Of a DNA stretch of 64,000 nt, positions 31,220 through 41,252 are shown one piece after another. The notes under the pieces were generated by a model that searched no databases, was not told the origin of the DNA, and saw nothing but the letters and a program-made list of their open reading frames with translations. The stretch is from an uncultured Nitrospiraceae bacterium. GTDB taxonomy: Bacteria > Nitrospirota > Thermodesulfovibrionia > Thermodesulfovibrionales > Dissulfurispiraceae. How positions within the stretch are numbered: the first letter of the stretch is position 1; the number at the start of each line of letters is the position of its first letter. A program made the position numbers and the translations under genes. The stretch spans positions 128,001 through 192,000 of the forward strand of contig CAVSHF010000005.1 of the NCBI GenBank assembly GCA_963727805.1, given 5' to 3'.

Positions 31220-32482
31220 ATGGAAAATTATATTTCAATTTCAGAATTGAAGCAAAAGAGCGTTGACAGCCTTACCCGCATTGCCAAAGAACTAACTGTC
31301 GACGGCACAGGAGGGATGAGGAAGCAGGAGTTGATTTTCGCCATCCTTCAGGCCCAGTCCGAAAAAGCCGGCAACGTTTATGGGTCGGGCGTCCTGGAAA
31401 TCCTTCCTGATGGCTTTGGCTTTCTCCGTTCGCCTGATTACAGCTATCTCCCCTCCCCTGATGACATATATGTATCTCCGTCACAGATAAGAAGATTTGC
31501 CCTCCGGACCGGAGATTATGTTTCGGGCCAAATACGCCCGCCCAAAGAGAGCGAACGTTATTTCGCGCTGCTTAAGGTCGAGACCATAAACACCGAATCA
31601 CCCGATGAAAACACTAGCCGCCCGCTGTTCGACAACCTTACCCCCTACTATCCAACGGAAAAAATAAACTTGGAGTACAGTCCGACCGATTTTGCGATGA
31701 GGGTCATGGATCTCATTACTCCCATAGGAAAGGGTCAGCGCGGACTTGTCGTTGCCGCGCCGCGGACGGGCAAGACTATGCTCCTGCAGTCGATCGCCAA
31801 GGCGATCAAAAAGAATCACCCCGAGATACACCTGATCATACTCCTGATCGATGAAAGGCCTGAAGAAGTCACCGACTGGAAGAGACAGGTCAGCGGCGCC
31901 GAAATCATCAGCTCGACTTTCGACGAACCGCCGCAGCGTCATTGCCAGGTCTCAGATATGGTCATCGATAGAGCGAAGCGGCTGGTCGAGGAGAAAAGAG
32001 ATGTCGTTATCCTTCTTGACAGTATAACCAGGCTTGCCCGAGCGTATAACGCCATTACCCCGGCCAGCGGAAAGGTTCTGTCCGGCGGTCTCGATGCAAA
32101 TGCATTGCAAAGACCTAAGCGGTTTTTCGGTACAGCAAGAAATATAGAAGAAGGAGGCAGTCTCACGATCATGGCCACATCACTTGTCGATACCGGCAGC
32201 AGAATGGACGATGTCATATTTGAAGAATTCAAGGGAACGGGCAACATGGAGTTGCATCTTGACCGCAAGCTCGTTGACAAGAGAATATTCCCCAGCATCG
32301 ATATAAACGCCTCCGGCACAAGGAAGGAAGAGCTCCTTGTGGATGCCGACCAACTCAACAAGATGTGGATATTGAGAAAGGTTCTGAACCCTCTGAGTAC
32401 CGTGGAAAGCATGGAGTTCCTCCTGAGCAAGTTGAAGGGAGCGAAGAGCAACAAAGACTTCCTCGAAATGATGAACAAATAG
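31220..32482 (+). CDS. rho: Transcription termination factor Rho
   Basis: Motifs [30 protein letters not shown] and [12 protein letters not shown] 31220 follows GGAGAGG. Confidence 0.97.
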   Translation: MENYISISELKQKSVDSLTRIAKELTVDGTGGMRKQELIFAILQAQSEKAGNVYGSGVLEILPDGFGFLRSPDYSYLPSPDDIYVSPSQIRRFALRTGDYVSGQIRPPKESERYFALLKVETINTESPDENTSRPLFDNLTPYYPTEKINLEYSPTDFAMRVMDLITPIGKGQRGLVVAAPRTGKTMLLQSIAKAIKKNHPEIHLIILLIDERPEEVTDWKRQVSGAEIISSTFDEPPQRHCQVSDMVIDRAKRLVEEKRDVVILLDSITRLARAYNAITPASGKVLSGGLDANALQRPKRFFGTARNIEEGGSLTIMATSLVDTGSRMDDVIFEEFKGTGNMELHLDRKLVDKRIFPSIDINASGTRKEELLVDADQLNKMWILRKVLNPLSTVESMEFLLSKLKGAKSNKDFLEMMNK

Positions 32483-32513
32483 TGATCTCTTAACTCCTCA
32501 GTGTGCTCTGCTT

Positions 32514-32939
32514 ATGAATATTGTTGATGAGAGCCTTTGTTTCGTCTGCGGCAAGGCCAATGAGCGCGGGCTGAAGCTTGCATTCCGCTCTGCGAAGGGC
32601 ACGACTTTATCCGAATTTGCTCTCCCGAATGATTTCCAGGGCTATAAGAACATTATTCACGGTGGCATCATAGCAGCCATTCTTGATGAAGCAATGATTC
32701 AGGCGGCCATGGCCGAAGGCCACAAGCCGGTGACCGCAGAGATCACCGTGCGATTCAAGCAACCGCTCTCAGCTGGCCGGACGGCGATTGTCGAGGCGGT
32801 GGTGACACAAAATGGACCAAGAATAATTAAAGCGCGTTCGCGCATATCCGACAAAACCTCAGGAGTTCTTATCGCTGAAGCGACGGGGAAAATGATACCG
32901 CTGAAAGAGTATCCTCAAACTTATTCAGGATCGAAATAA
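32514..32939 (+). CDS. PaaI-family hotdog thioesterase
   Basis: Motifs CFVCGKANERGL and HGGIIAAILDE. Confidence 0.9.
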   Translation: MNIVDESLCFVCGKANERGLKLAFRSAKGTTLSEFALPNDFQGYKNIIHGGIIAAILDEAMIQAAMAEGHKPVTAEITVRFKQPLSAGRTAIVEAVVTQNGPRIIKARSRISDKTSGVLIAEATGKMIPLKEYPQTYSGSK

Positions 32940-33062
32940 TATTGCTATCTTGTTCGATCCCGATTTAGCTGAGTCTCTCGCTGATAAAGAACTCCTTTGC
33001 CCGTTATAACCCTAGTCATCCTCCCACTTAAAAAAGAGGCGAAGTGAGGGGGCACGTAAAAA

Positions 33063-33653
33063 CTACCAAACGTAAAACGTGCTCTCACAGGTGTCGCTTG
33101 AAGTCGTCGCTTGGATCGTCGTTCTGACCCTGTACGTTCCCATTTTTGCATCAGAGGGCAGGGACAGCGGCACTGTTGAAGTATACGTTCCTCCCGGCCT
33201 CGATACCGCAACTTCGGGATTACCTATAATCTGCCCCGCGTGAGTGATTTCCCGTTTTTCGATAAGATCGATCTGGGCTTCCCGAAGGAACTCCAAGAAC
33301 CGCATAGGTTGCTTTTAGATCGACTTGAGCGCCAGCTCTTCCGTCAGTCGGATATGTGGAAGTGTCCTTGATCCTGATGGATACGGCCAAGGACTGATAG
33401 TTATACCAACTGTTGGTTATCTTCGGTCCTCTTTTGATCGACCGCATAGTGCCCGCTCGCGCCACCAACAAGTACACCAGCAAGTCCACCAAGGATTGCC
33501 ATTTCAGTCTTTGCCCCGTGACTGCCAGTAGCGATCCGCCAATTACAACAGTTGCCGCGCCGGTCGCGGCCCCCTTATGCTTTTCGGGAATGGAAGCACA
33601 GCCAATGACAAGGAACACCCCGACAACCAATAGAACAAAACCCTTGGTCTCAT
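33063..33653 (-). pseudogene. Frameshifted glycine-zipper-type lipoprotein
   Basis: RBS GGAGGAG and ATG 33653 are out of frame with the lipobox VIGC. The GAATGAA segment and the C-terminal beta domain (PGGTYTSTVPLSLP..GTYRVRTTI) lie in different frames. Confidence 0.6.
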
Positions 33654-33738
33654 ACGACTCCTCCGGAGCACGTTAAATACACTCACAAAAGAGGACATTA
33701 TTTAAACGCTTTCAGTATACGCCTGCCATGCCATAAAA

Positions 33739-35538
33739 TTATTGACAGGTCCAACACTGTAGGTCATTACGTTCCTGCAACGGGATTTTCACGGTTATCG
33801 TAGTCCCTTTATTCAACTCTCCTCCGATCTCGACCGCTCCGCCCCATGCGAAAACCCTTTCCCTAATACTGCTAAGACCGTATGACTTCGGGTTGTAAAT
33901 GAGCTCCTCCGCTATTCCCACCCCGTTATCTTTCACTTCCATGACAATCCCATCCCGCTTTTTCGTAAAGACCACACTCACTTTTGTCGCCCCCGCATGA
34001 AGTTCGACATTTTTCAGTATTTCCTGGAATATCCTGAAAATGGTCGTCGATAAGTCATGTTCAAGCGAGACCTCTTGAAGGTTGGTGCTCAATTCACATT
34101 CTATTGCCATCCGTTTGCCAAAATCCATCATCTGCCACTTTATCGCTTCGGCAATCCCCATATCGTCAAGCAACCATGGCCGCAATTCAGTGCAAATCCT
34201 CTTGACGGCCTGTATGCTTTCATCGATGATACTATTCATCACTTCGGTCCGCTCAAAGAGCACCGTCTGTTCCTCTTTAAGCTTATGTGACAGTGAGGCC
34301 AGCTCAAGTTTCAAGGCAGCAAGTGGCTGTCCAATTTCATCGTGAACGCGGTGTGCCATCTCTTTTCTCTCGGACTCTCTTACCATTTCGAGATGGGATG
34401 CGAGGTCCCTCAGTTGCTCACGAGAATTACTCAACCATTCCTCTTTCCGTTTATACTCAGTGACATCAGAGATCGAACTCACCAACCCCTTCATCTTGCC
34501 GTATTCATCATAAAAAGGTGCGGTAAGCACCATTGCATGAAATTTCCCTCCATCTCGTCTTAGGAAGGGCAATTCGACCATACCAACCGCTTCCGCTCCC
34601 GCGAGCATGGCATCAAAAATAGCTGCATTGTGTGTCAGTTCTTCTTCCGGCCAATAGGGGAAAGGAGGGCGAATCCCGATAAGCTCATCTTCGCGCCATC
34701 CAACAATGTTGCAAAAACCCTGATTGATATAAAGTTGCCTGCCCTCCATATCGTACGCAACTATCCCCGGTCGAACAGCATCCTCTATTGCTTTGCGGAA
34801 ACTGGCCTCTGTCGTAAATGCCTTCTCAGCCTTCTTCAACTGAGTGATGTCAGACGATATGGAGACAAGTGAAATAGATTGAGCACGATCGTCCCGCAAA
34901 ACCGAATTGCTCAAATACACGGAAAATAATGAGCCGTCTTTCTTCTGTGCCACAATCTCCCCTTCCCAGAAGCCCTCGAACAGGACAGAGGACGACAGTT
35001 CTTCAGCCTCTATCTGGTTATTTCCAGGAAGTATCAACGGGAAAAAAGCTTTTCCTGCCACCTCTGCAGACACCCACTGGAACATTTCTTCTGCGAATTT
35101 ATTCCAGTATTGGATACCGCCATTCATATCGGTAACAACCACAGCATTGCGCACCTGCGCTATAATTGCAGCTTGGAAGAGAGACTGCTCCAGGGCGGTC
35201 TTCGCTTCCTTAACAAGATTGAACATCAGCTTTGCGCTGCACCCGCCGATGATTTCGGGCTGCGGCGCTATGGTCCGGAGAATATCATCTTCAACATCCT
35301 TCTTTCCGGTTAAATTGATGATGATATCTGTTTTTTTCTTCAGGAATTCATGCACGTCCCGACCGGTGGGAATGTTAAGATGCTTTGCGAGTACTATTCC
35401 CTTCGCGGATTCGTTCCTATCGACGACACCCGTGATAGTAATATTACTCTTCTTGGCAAGAAGCTCAAGAAGTGCCGAGCCGCCAACACCGGCACCGATT
35501 ATGAGAATACGTGTCATTTTTCCTCTATCTCTCTTCAC
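33739..35538 (-). CDS. Cytoplasmic HisKA_3 (NarX/UhpB-type) histidine kinase with N-terminal Rossmann-like domain and two PAS domains
   Basis: ILIIGAGVGG; two PAS/PAC; H-box RVHDEIGQ; motifs FRIFQE..N, DNGVG and GLSSIRER; no transmembrane helix. Confidence 0.9.
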   Translation of the reverse strand: MKRDRGKMTRILIIGAGVGGSALLELLAKKSNITITGVVDRNESAKGIVLAKHLNIPTGRDVHEFLKKKTDIIINLTGKKDVEDDILRTIAPQPEIIGGCSAKLMFNLVKEAKTALEQSLFQAAIIAQVRNAVVVTDMNGGIQYWNKFAEEMFQWVSAEVAGKAFFPLILPGNNQIEAEELSSSVLFEGFWEGEIVAQKKDGSLFSVYLSNSVLRDDRAQSISLVSISSDITQLKKAEKAFTTEASFRKAIEDAVRPGIVAYDMEGRQLYINQGFCNIVGWREDELIGIRPPFPYWPEEELTHNAAIFDAMLAGAEAVGMVELPFLRRDGGKFHAMVLTAPFYDEYGKMKGLVSSISDVTEYKRKEEWLSNSREQLRDLASHLEMVRESERKEMAHRVHDEIGQPLAALKLELASLSHKLKEEQTVLFERTEVMNSIIDESIQAVKRICTELRPWLLDDMGIAEAIKWQMMDFGKRMAIECELSTNLQEVSLEHDLSTTIFRIFQEILKNVELHAGATKVSVVFTKKRDGIVMEVKDNGVGIAEELIYNPKSYGLSSIRERVFAWGGAVEIGGELNKGTTITVKIPLQERNDLQCWTCQ

Positions 35539-36145
35539 CTATCGCTCCCGGAATCCCTCCCCAAAAAATTCTGCGAACCTGTTCGAAGAACAAGCTAAAG
35601 GATTCTACAAATCGTTTGCTTATAGTATAGTGAGAGACAGTCGGTCTCACAACCTTGGGAACGATGCCCTATTGCCACTGTGCACTAAATCTGAAGAATT
35701 AATTTGATCCCATTCCGAAAGTTGAGATAACCACTGTCTGCGGACTATTCCAGCTCACCTTGTCAAACCCGAAGTTGACGTTGCTCAACGTAGTAGCATC
35801 AGGCAGGAAGCAATGATTTACCTGCTGAGGTGCTGCCGAATCATTGCTGTGCATGTCGTTGTCAGTACCGTAGTCTATCCAGACTTTGACATAAGCATAA
35901 ATATTTCTAGCTGTACCGCAGACGCCGTACACGCCGTTGCACTGAGAATTTACCCCACTCCTCGTATGGGTCCCGGTTTGGCCGGCTCGACTTCAAGGCT
36001 TGCCGTTATCTTGTTGCTGGACAAAGCCCCTTTTAAGCGAACTCATTTCTATCTATAACAGCGCGTAAGACAGTCATACATAGAACATGACAAACTCAGG
36101 GTTAAACTCTCCTACCAGTTCGACATAGCCCCCGCGTTCACGGTC

Positions 36146-36188
36146 TTGACAAGTTACGGATTTTTTATTTATGTTAGTAAGTACTTAC
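36146..36188 (+). promoter_or_regulatory. Promoter and palindromic operator candidate of the TetR efflux operon
   Basis: TTGACA 36146-51, TATGTT 36170-75, and a perfect 12-bp palindrome GTAAGTACTTAC at 36177-88. Confidence 0.65.
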
Positions 36189-36222
36189 AAACTTTGGTTG
36201 TCCTATTCTTTAAAGAGAGGTT

Positions 36223-36843
36223 GTGACTATGTCGGAAGTTCAACAATCAACGAGGGATAGAATACTCGAAACGGCCCTTCATCTTTTCTCGGCAAAGGGC
36301 TATTTAGGCGCAACAACAAAGGAAATTTCGGCTGAGTCGGGCGTTGCCGAGGTAACTCTTTTCAGGCATTTTCCCTCAAAAGAGATTCTCTTTGAAGAGA
36401 TGCTGTCGAAGTATACTTTTCTCCCAGCTCTCAGGGAAATCATGCCATCCATCAAAACATTTCCCTATGAACAGGCGCTGACGAAAATAGCGAAGAAGTT
36501 TCTCGAGACACTTACCCAGAGAAAGGATCTGATAAAAATTATGCATTCCGAAGTTCACACATATCCTGAGAAGATACGTAAAATCTATCACGCTTTCATT
36601 CAAGATATATTTTCGACCTTGGCGGCTTATTTTGATGAATTGCAAAATAACGGGACATTAAAACCCTTTGATTCCATAGTCGGTGCGCGGGCTTTCCTGG
36701 GAATGTTTTTTGCCTATTTCATCTCAGCACATATATTCATGTTCAAAAAATGTCGTCCCGATGAGATGGACCCGCTTATCAGGGAATATGTGCAGTTTTT
36801 CGTGCACGGGACGATACGGGAGGGGACAAAACATCATGGCTAA
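36223..36843 (+). CDS. TetR/AcrR-family regulator
   Basis: HTH TTKEISAESGVAEVTLFRHFPSKE. Confidence 0.93.
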   Translation: MTMSEVQQSTRDRILETALHLFSAKGYLGATTKEISAESGVAEVTLFRHFPSKEILFEEMLSKYTFLPALREIMPSIKTFPYEQALTKIAKKFLETLTQRKDLIKIMHSEVHTYPEKIRKIYHAFIQDIFSTLAAYFDELQNNGTLKPFDSIVGARAFLGMFFAYFISAHIFMFKKCRPDEMDPLIREYVQFFVHGTIREGTKHHG

Positions 36844-37444
36844 TGCCGGAGCAAGAGGCATTTTTTTGGCAAACACAGGGAGCTGCACTTACTTTCTTAC
36901 ATCAAGAACGTGCATATGTGTCTCACTTATTACGTTCTTTATTCTGTCGTTCAGCCTGTCTGGCTGTTCGCAGCAGAAAGCTGCCCCTTCAAAACCAGTG
37001 GTGCCCGTCACAGTTGCAACGGTTGTTCAGAAAGCCATCCCCTACGAGATTCGGGCCATCGGCAACATCGACGCTTTCTCTAACGTAGCGGTGAAAGCAC
37101 AGGTAACGGGACTGCTCGCCAAAATACATTTTAAGGAAGGGCAGTTCGTAAGAAAAGGTGCGCTCCTCTTTACTATCGACGCTCGCCAGCAGCAGGCTGC
37201 TATTCGCCAGGCCGAGGCTGCCCTTATGGGCACGCTACCGATCGCCCTCGGCATAGGCACTGGGGCACAGTCGCGTCGCCCCCTCGGACTGGCGGTTGTG
37301 GGAGGCCTTCTGTTTTCGCAGCTCATAACACTCTATCTGACGCCGGTGGTATACACCTATATGGAGTCATTACAGGGCTGGTTGGCCAAAATGCGGACCC
37401 GTCGCATGGCAAAAAAAATCGCAGCGACAGATGAGATATTATAA
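36836..37444 (+). pseudogene. Chimeric remnant: MdtA-like RND adaptor N-terminus fused in frame to the last helices of an MdtB/C-AcrB-like transporter
   Basis: Lipobox LSGC and VKAQVTG..FKEGQFVRKG..FTID..QAEAA, then LMGTLPIALG..RRPLGLAVVGGLLFSQLITLYLTPVVY. The junction is near 37217-37225. Confidence 0.85.
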
Positions 37445-37469
37445 GCAAGCACCTATCCAGGAGGAGTTT

Positions 37470-38876
37470 ATGAATAAGTTTATTTCATTAATCGTATTTG
37501 CGTTCTCTCTCCTGCCACTTGTATCGGGGGCACAGGAGTCGCTTAAAGCCGATGGAGCTATAAGAGTAGGAGATATGTTGACGCTTGACCGATGCATCGA
37601 CATCGCGTTGCAGCAACAGCCAGCTCTTATCGCCTCACAGTATAATATTAGGGCAAGCGAGAGCAGGGTCGGGGAAGCACAGTCGGCATATTATCCACAA
37701 GTAAGCGTGTCGGGAGGCTATAGCAGGATCAAGTCATCTACCGTCAGCTCTAATTCTTCATTATTGAGTGGGGTCGGGAGCTCGGGTGGAGTTGGAAGCT
37801 CGGGTGGAGTTGGAAGCTCGGGTGGAGTTGGAAGCTCGGGTGGAGTTGGGAACTCAGGTGGATCCGGCTCATTTGACCAATATATAGGAAGCGCAACCCT
37901 TTCCCAGACGATTTTCGATTTTGGCAAAACCCCCGCGCAGGTGAGGATACAGAAGCTGAACCTCGATGCGTCCCGTTCAGACTTCGATGCTACACGTTCG
38001 CAGACGATTCTTTCGGTGAAACAGTCTTATTACGGAGTGCTTCAATTCCAAAGAAATGTTGATGTCGCGAGAGAGACGGTCACCCAATTCTCTCAACATC
38101 TCGATCAGGCAAAGGGTTTCTATGAAGTCGGCGTAAAACCGAAATTCGACGTGATCAAGGCTGAAGTGGATTTGAGCAATGCCAAGTTGAATCAAATCAC
38201 TGCAGACAACGCCCTGAGAATCGCCCGTGTTACGCTCAACAATGCCATCGGGCTGCCCGATGCGCCTGAATATGAGATCGTGGATTCCATGAGCTATGCA
38301 AAAAAGGACATCACCCTTCCACAAGCGATCGAAACCGCCTTTAAAAACAGACCTGAACTCCAGGCAACTGATCTCAGGGTCAAGGCTTCGGAGGTATCAA
38401 TCGCACTTGCAAAAACGGGTTATTTCCCCGTTGTCACCGGTAATGCCGCTTATACCCGTTCATCAATAACGGATACCTCTTTTCGAGACGAGGACTGGAC
38501 CGCAGGTGTAACTATCACATTTCCGATCTTCAGTGGCTTTCTTACTCGACATCAAGTCGCTGAATCAACCGCAGTATTTAATGCTGCCAAGGCGAATTTC
38601 GATGTGCTTCGGCAGAATGTAATCCTTGAAGTCCAGCAGGCAGCCTTGAATCTGCGCGCCGCCGTAGACCGCATCCCGACCGCTGAACTTGCAGTTCAAC
38701 AGGCCACCGAAAACCTTGACATCGCCAATGGCCGTTATACTGCAGGAGTAGGGAATCCTATAGAAGTGACCGATGCCGAGGTTACGTATACGAATGCCAA
38801 GACGGCGTATACTCAGGCACTCTATGATTATAACGTGGCCGCAGCGAACCTCGACAAGGCAATGGGGGTAAGATGA
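37470..38876 (+). CDS. TolC-family outer membrane efflux protein (copy 1)
   Basis: Signal peptide and two OEP repeats (YYPQVS..QTIFDFG; YFPVV..PIFSG; RYTAGVG). Confidence 0.9.
   Translation: MNKFISLIVFAFSLLPLVSGAQESLKADGAIRVGDMLTLDRCIDIALQQQPALIASQYNIRASESRVGEAQSAYYPQVSVSGGYSRIKSSTVSSNSSLLSGVGSSGGVGSSGGVGSSGGVGSSGGVGNSGGSGSFDQYIGSATLSQTIFDFGKTPAQVRIQKLNLDASRSDFDATRSQTILSVKQSYYGVLQFQRNVDVARETVTQFSQHLDQAKGFYEVGVKPKFDVIKAEVDLSNAKLNQITADNALRIARVTLNNAIGLPDAPEYEIVDSMSYAKKDITLPQAIETAFKNRPELQATDLRVKASEVSIALAKTGYFPVVTGNAAYTRSSITDTSFRDEDWTAGVTITFPIFSGFLTRHQVAESTAVFNAAKANFDVLRQNVILEVQQAALNLRAAVDRIPTAELAVQQATENLDIANGRYTAGVGNPIEVTDAEVTYTNAKTAYTQALYDYNVAAANLDKAMGVR
37770..37859 (+). repeat. 18-bp in-frame tandem repeat x5 encoding GVGSSG
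   Basis: Three perfect copies of GGAGTTGGAAGCTCGGGT (37788-37841) plus two degenerate flanking copies. Confidence 0.95.
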
Positions 38877-40204
38877 AACGCGTAAAGTTGAAACAGGATA
38901 CAGTCTTATGCATCGCAGCTATCGCCATTGCGGTCACGCTTTACCCTTTTACGGGACATTCCCAGGATACGCCGCAATTACTTTCCCTCTCTGAAGGTAT
39001 CAAGATCGCGACTGAAGAAAGTCGCGTCATGAAGATCGCTGCTTTTAACCGGGATTTGGCGTCGCAGGATATATCGATCGCCCGTTCGCGTTTCTTCCCT
39101 ACAATCAATGCCCAGGCAAATTATACAATGCTGGCGTATCAGCCGGTGGCCATTTTCGGTTCTTTCAGGGCTGCCACTGCGGACAAAGATTATCCATCCT
39201 ATGGAGTAAATGCCCATCAGACCTTATTTGATTTCTGGGCTCGAGAATCGCTCTATGGTGCTTCCAGGGAGTCTCTTGAGTTGACTAAAACGGACATCTT
39301 CAGGACGAAAAACGTCGTAGCCCTCGACTTTGTCACTGCCTACTTCACCCTCCTTGAATTCGACAGAATGGTCGAGGTTGGACAAAGGGAGGTCGAGTCC
39401 CTTGAGTCACACCAGCAGGTGGCGAAGAACCTCTACGATGCCGGCGCGATAACAAAAAACGATCTCCTGCAGGCTGAGGTCCGGCTCTCGGACTCACGGC
39501 AAAGGCTCCTGACACTGAGAAATCAAAGGACTTTCAGTTCATCGAGGATAAATACTATTCTTTCGAGACCCATCACCCTTGAGATCGCTCCGGTAGAAGT
39601 TTCTGAAGACCTTCCCCCCGCGCCTGTTTTTGACAATGTCTGGGAAGCTGCCCTGCTTAAGAGGCCCGAAATTAGGATTGTAGACAAGGAACTGAAGATC
39701 AATGAACTCCAGGAAACAGCCAAGCGGTCTGAGTATTTGCCGACCTTCTTTGCTGACGGCAGCTATAATTATTCAAAAAACGAGTTTATGGTCCACGACG
39801 ACAACTGGTCCCTTGTCCTGGGCCTTAACATAAATATCTTCAATGGTGGGGCCACAAAGGCTGAACTATCGAAGATAAAAATACGTTCGGGACAGATACG
39901 TGAAGAGAAGAATAAACTTCTTGAAGATATCAAGCTCGAAATCGAGCGTTATTACCTGGACGAACGTAATGCACGTGACAATGTGATCGCAACAAAAGAT
40001 GCCATACGCCAAGCCGAGGAAAACCTCCGAATCAACAAGGTCCGCTATGAAGAGGGAGTGGGCACAGCTACCGATGTTTTGGATGCTATAGCGTTGCTCT
40101 CCATGGCCGAAAAAAATTACTACAAGGCCTTATATGATATGCGACGCGCCCACGCAGGTCTTCTCTATTCGACCGGAGAAGATTTAACGCTCGCCTATAA
40201 ATAA
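38873..40204 (+). CDS. TolC-family outer membrane efflux protein (copy 2)
   Basis: OEP repeats FFPTIN..QTLFDF; YLPTF..NIFNGG; RYEEGVGT. Confidence 0.9.
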   Translation: MKRVKLKQDTVLCIAAIAIAVTLYPFTGHSQDTPQLLSLSEGIKIATEESRVMKIAAFNRDLASQDISIARSRFFPTINAQANYTMLAYQPVAIFGSFRAATADKDYPSYGVNAHQTLFDFWARESLYGASRESLELTKTDIFRTKNVVALDFVTAYFTLLEFDRMVEVGQREVESLESHQQVAKNLYDAGAITKNDLLQAEVRLSDSRQRLLTLRNQRTFSSSRINTILSRPITLEIAPVEVSEDLPPAPVFDNVWEAALLKRPEIRIVDKELKINELQETAKRSEYLPTFFADGSYNYSKNEFMVHDDNWSLVLGLNINIFNGGATKAELSKIKIRSGQIREEKNKLLEDIKLEIERYYLDERNARDNVIATKDAIRQAEENLRINKVRYEEGVGTATDVLDAIALLSMAEKNYYKALYDMRRAHAGLLYSTGEDLTLAYK

Positions 40205-40229
40205 CATCCACTCGCAATGGAGTAATGAA

Positions 40230-41252
40230 ATGGAAGAACCCAAGAAAGAAAACGGCAGTACCAACAAAAAGAAAAAGATCGCTGGCGTCGTTTTTGCTGT
40301 CCTTCTGATTGCCGGAGCAATCACCATATTTTTTTACCTGAGCTACAAGGCAACACATATAAGCACGGACGACGCCTTTGTGGACGGAACGACGTACACC
40401 ATTGCGCCCAAGATATTGGGAACCATTAAAACGGTGTATGTCGTCGATAACCAGCTGGTCAAAAAAGGAGATCTCCTTGTGGAGATCGACCCCGCCGATT
40501 ACGATGCAAAAATGAAAGAAGCTGCCTCATCGGCAGATTCCGAAACTGCCAAAGTCGGCGAGTACAAAGCGAAGGTCAAAGCCGCTCTGGCTCAGCTTGA
40601 GCTTCAGGAAGCGAACCTTCGGCAGGCCGAACTCGATATCCGACGGGCCGAGATACTCTTCAGCAAAGATGCCATCTCGAAAGAGCGCTACGAAAAGACG
40701 AAAACCAGCTATGACGTCACACGGTCGGAATTAAAGGCTGCAGGTCAGCAGTTGCGCCAGGCAGAGTCATCGATAGCTACGCAATCCGCGGTGGCACTGG
40801 AGAAGAAAGCTAAACTGAAGAGCGCGGAACTCAATGTGGGATACACAAAAATATTTGCGCCCGCCGACGGGCTCGTTACCAAAAAAAGTGTCGAAAACGG
40901 AAATCAGGTCCAGCCGGGGCAGCCGCTTCTGGCACTAGTAGCGCTCGATGACATTTGGGTAACAGCCAATTATAAGGAGACACAACTGAAAAAGATACGG
41001 CCCGGGCAGAAGGTCGTGATCAAAGTAGACACCTTTTCGGGAGAGACTTTCTCCGGCAAGGTTGACAGCGTAATGGCTGGCACGGGCGCAGTATTTTCAC
41101 TTTTCCCACCCGAAAATGCGACTGGCAATTATGTCAAGATCGTCCAGAGGATACCAGTCAAGATCATCCTCGATAAAGAGAAAAAGGACAATCCGTCACA
41201 TGTACTCCGTGTCGGCATGTCCGTCGTTCCGACAGTCATCGTCCAAAAATGA
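40230..41252 (+). CDS. emrA: EmrA/HlyD-family membrane fusion protein
   Basis: Motifs STDDAFV, ANYKETQL and FSLFPPENATGNYVKIVQRIPV. Confidence 0.92.
   Translation: MEEPKKENGSTNKKKKIAGVVFAVLLIAGAITIFFYLSYKATHISTDDAFVDGTTYTIAPKILGTIKTVYVVDNQLVKKGDLLVEIDPADYDAKMKEAASSADSETAKVGEYKAKVKAALAQLELQEANLRQAELDIRRAEILFSKDAISKERYEKTKTSYDVTRSELKAAGQQLRQAESSIATQSAVALEKKAKLKSAELNVGYTKIFAPADGLVTKKSVENGNQVQPGQPLLALVALDDIWVTANYKETQLKKIRPGQKVVIKVDTFSGETFSGKVDSVMAGTGAVFSLFPPENATGNYVKIVQRIPVKIILDKEKKDNPSHVLRVGMSVVPTVIVQK

Noticed and set aside
35699..36058. Short ORFs between the kinase and tetR
   Set aside because: No RBS or recognisable domain; possibly a remnant, but unsupported.
37770..37859. Repeat array as a possible CRISPR
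   Set aside because: The units are contiguous with no spacers and are in frame within a TolC gene; no cas genes are present.
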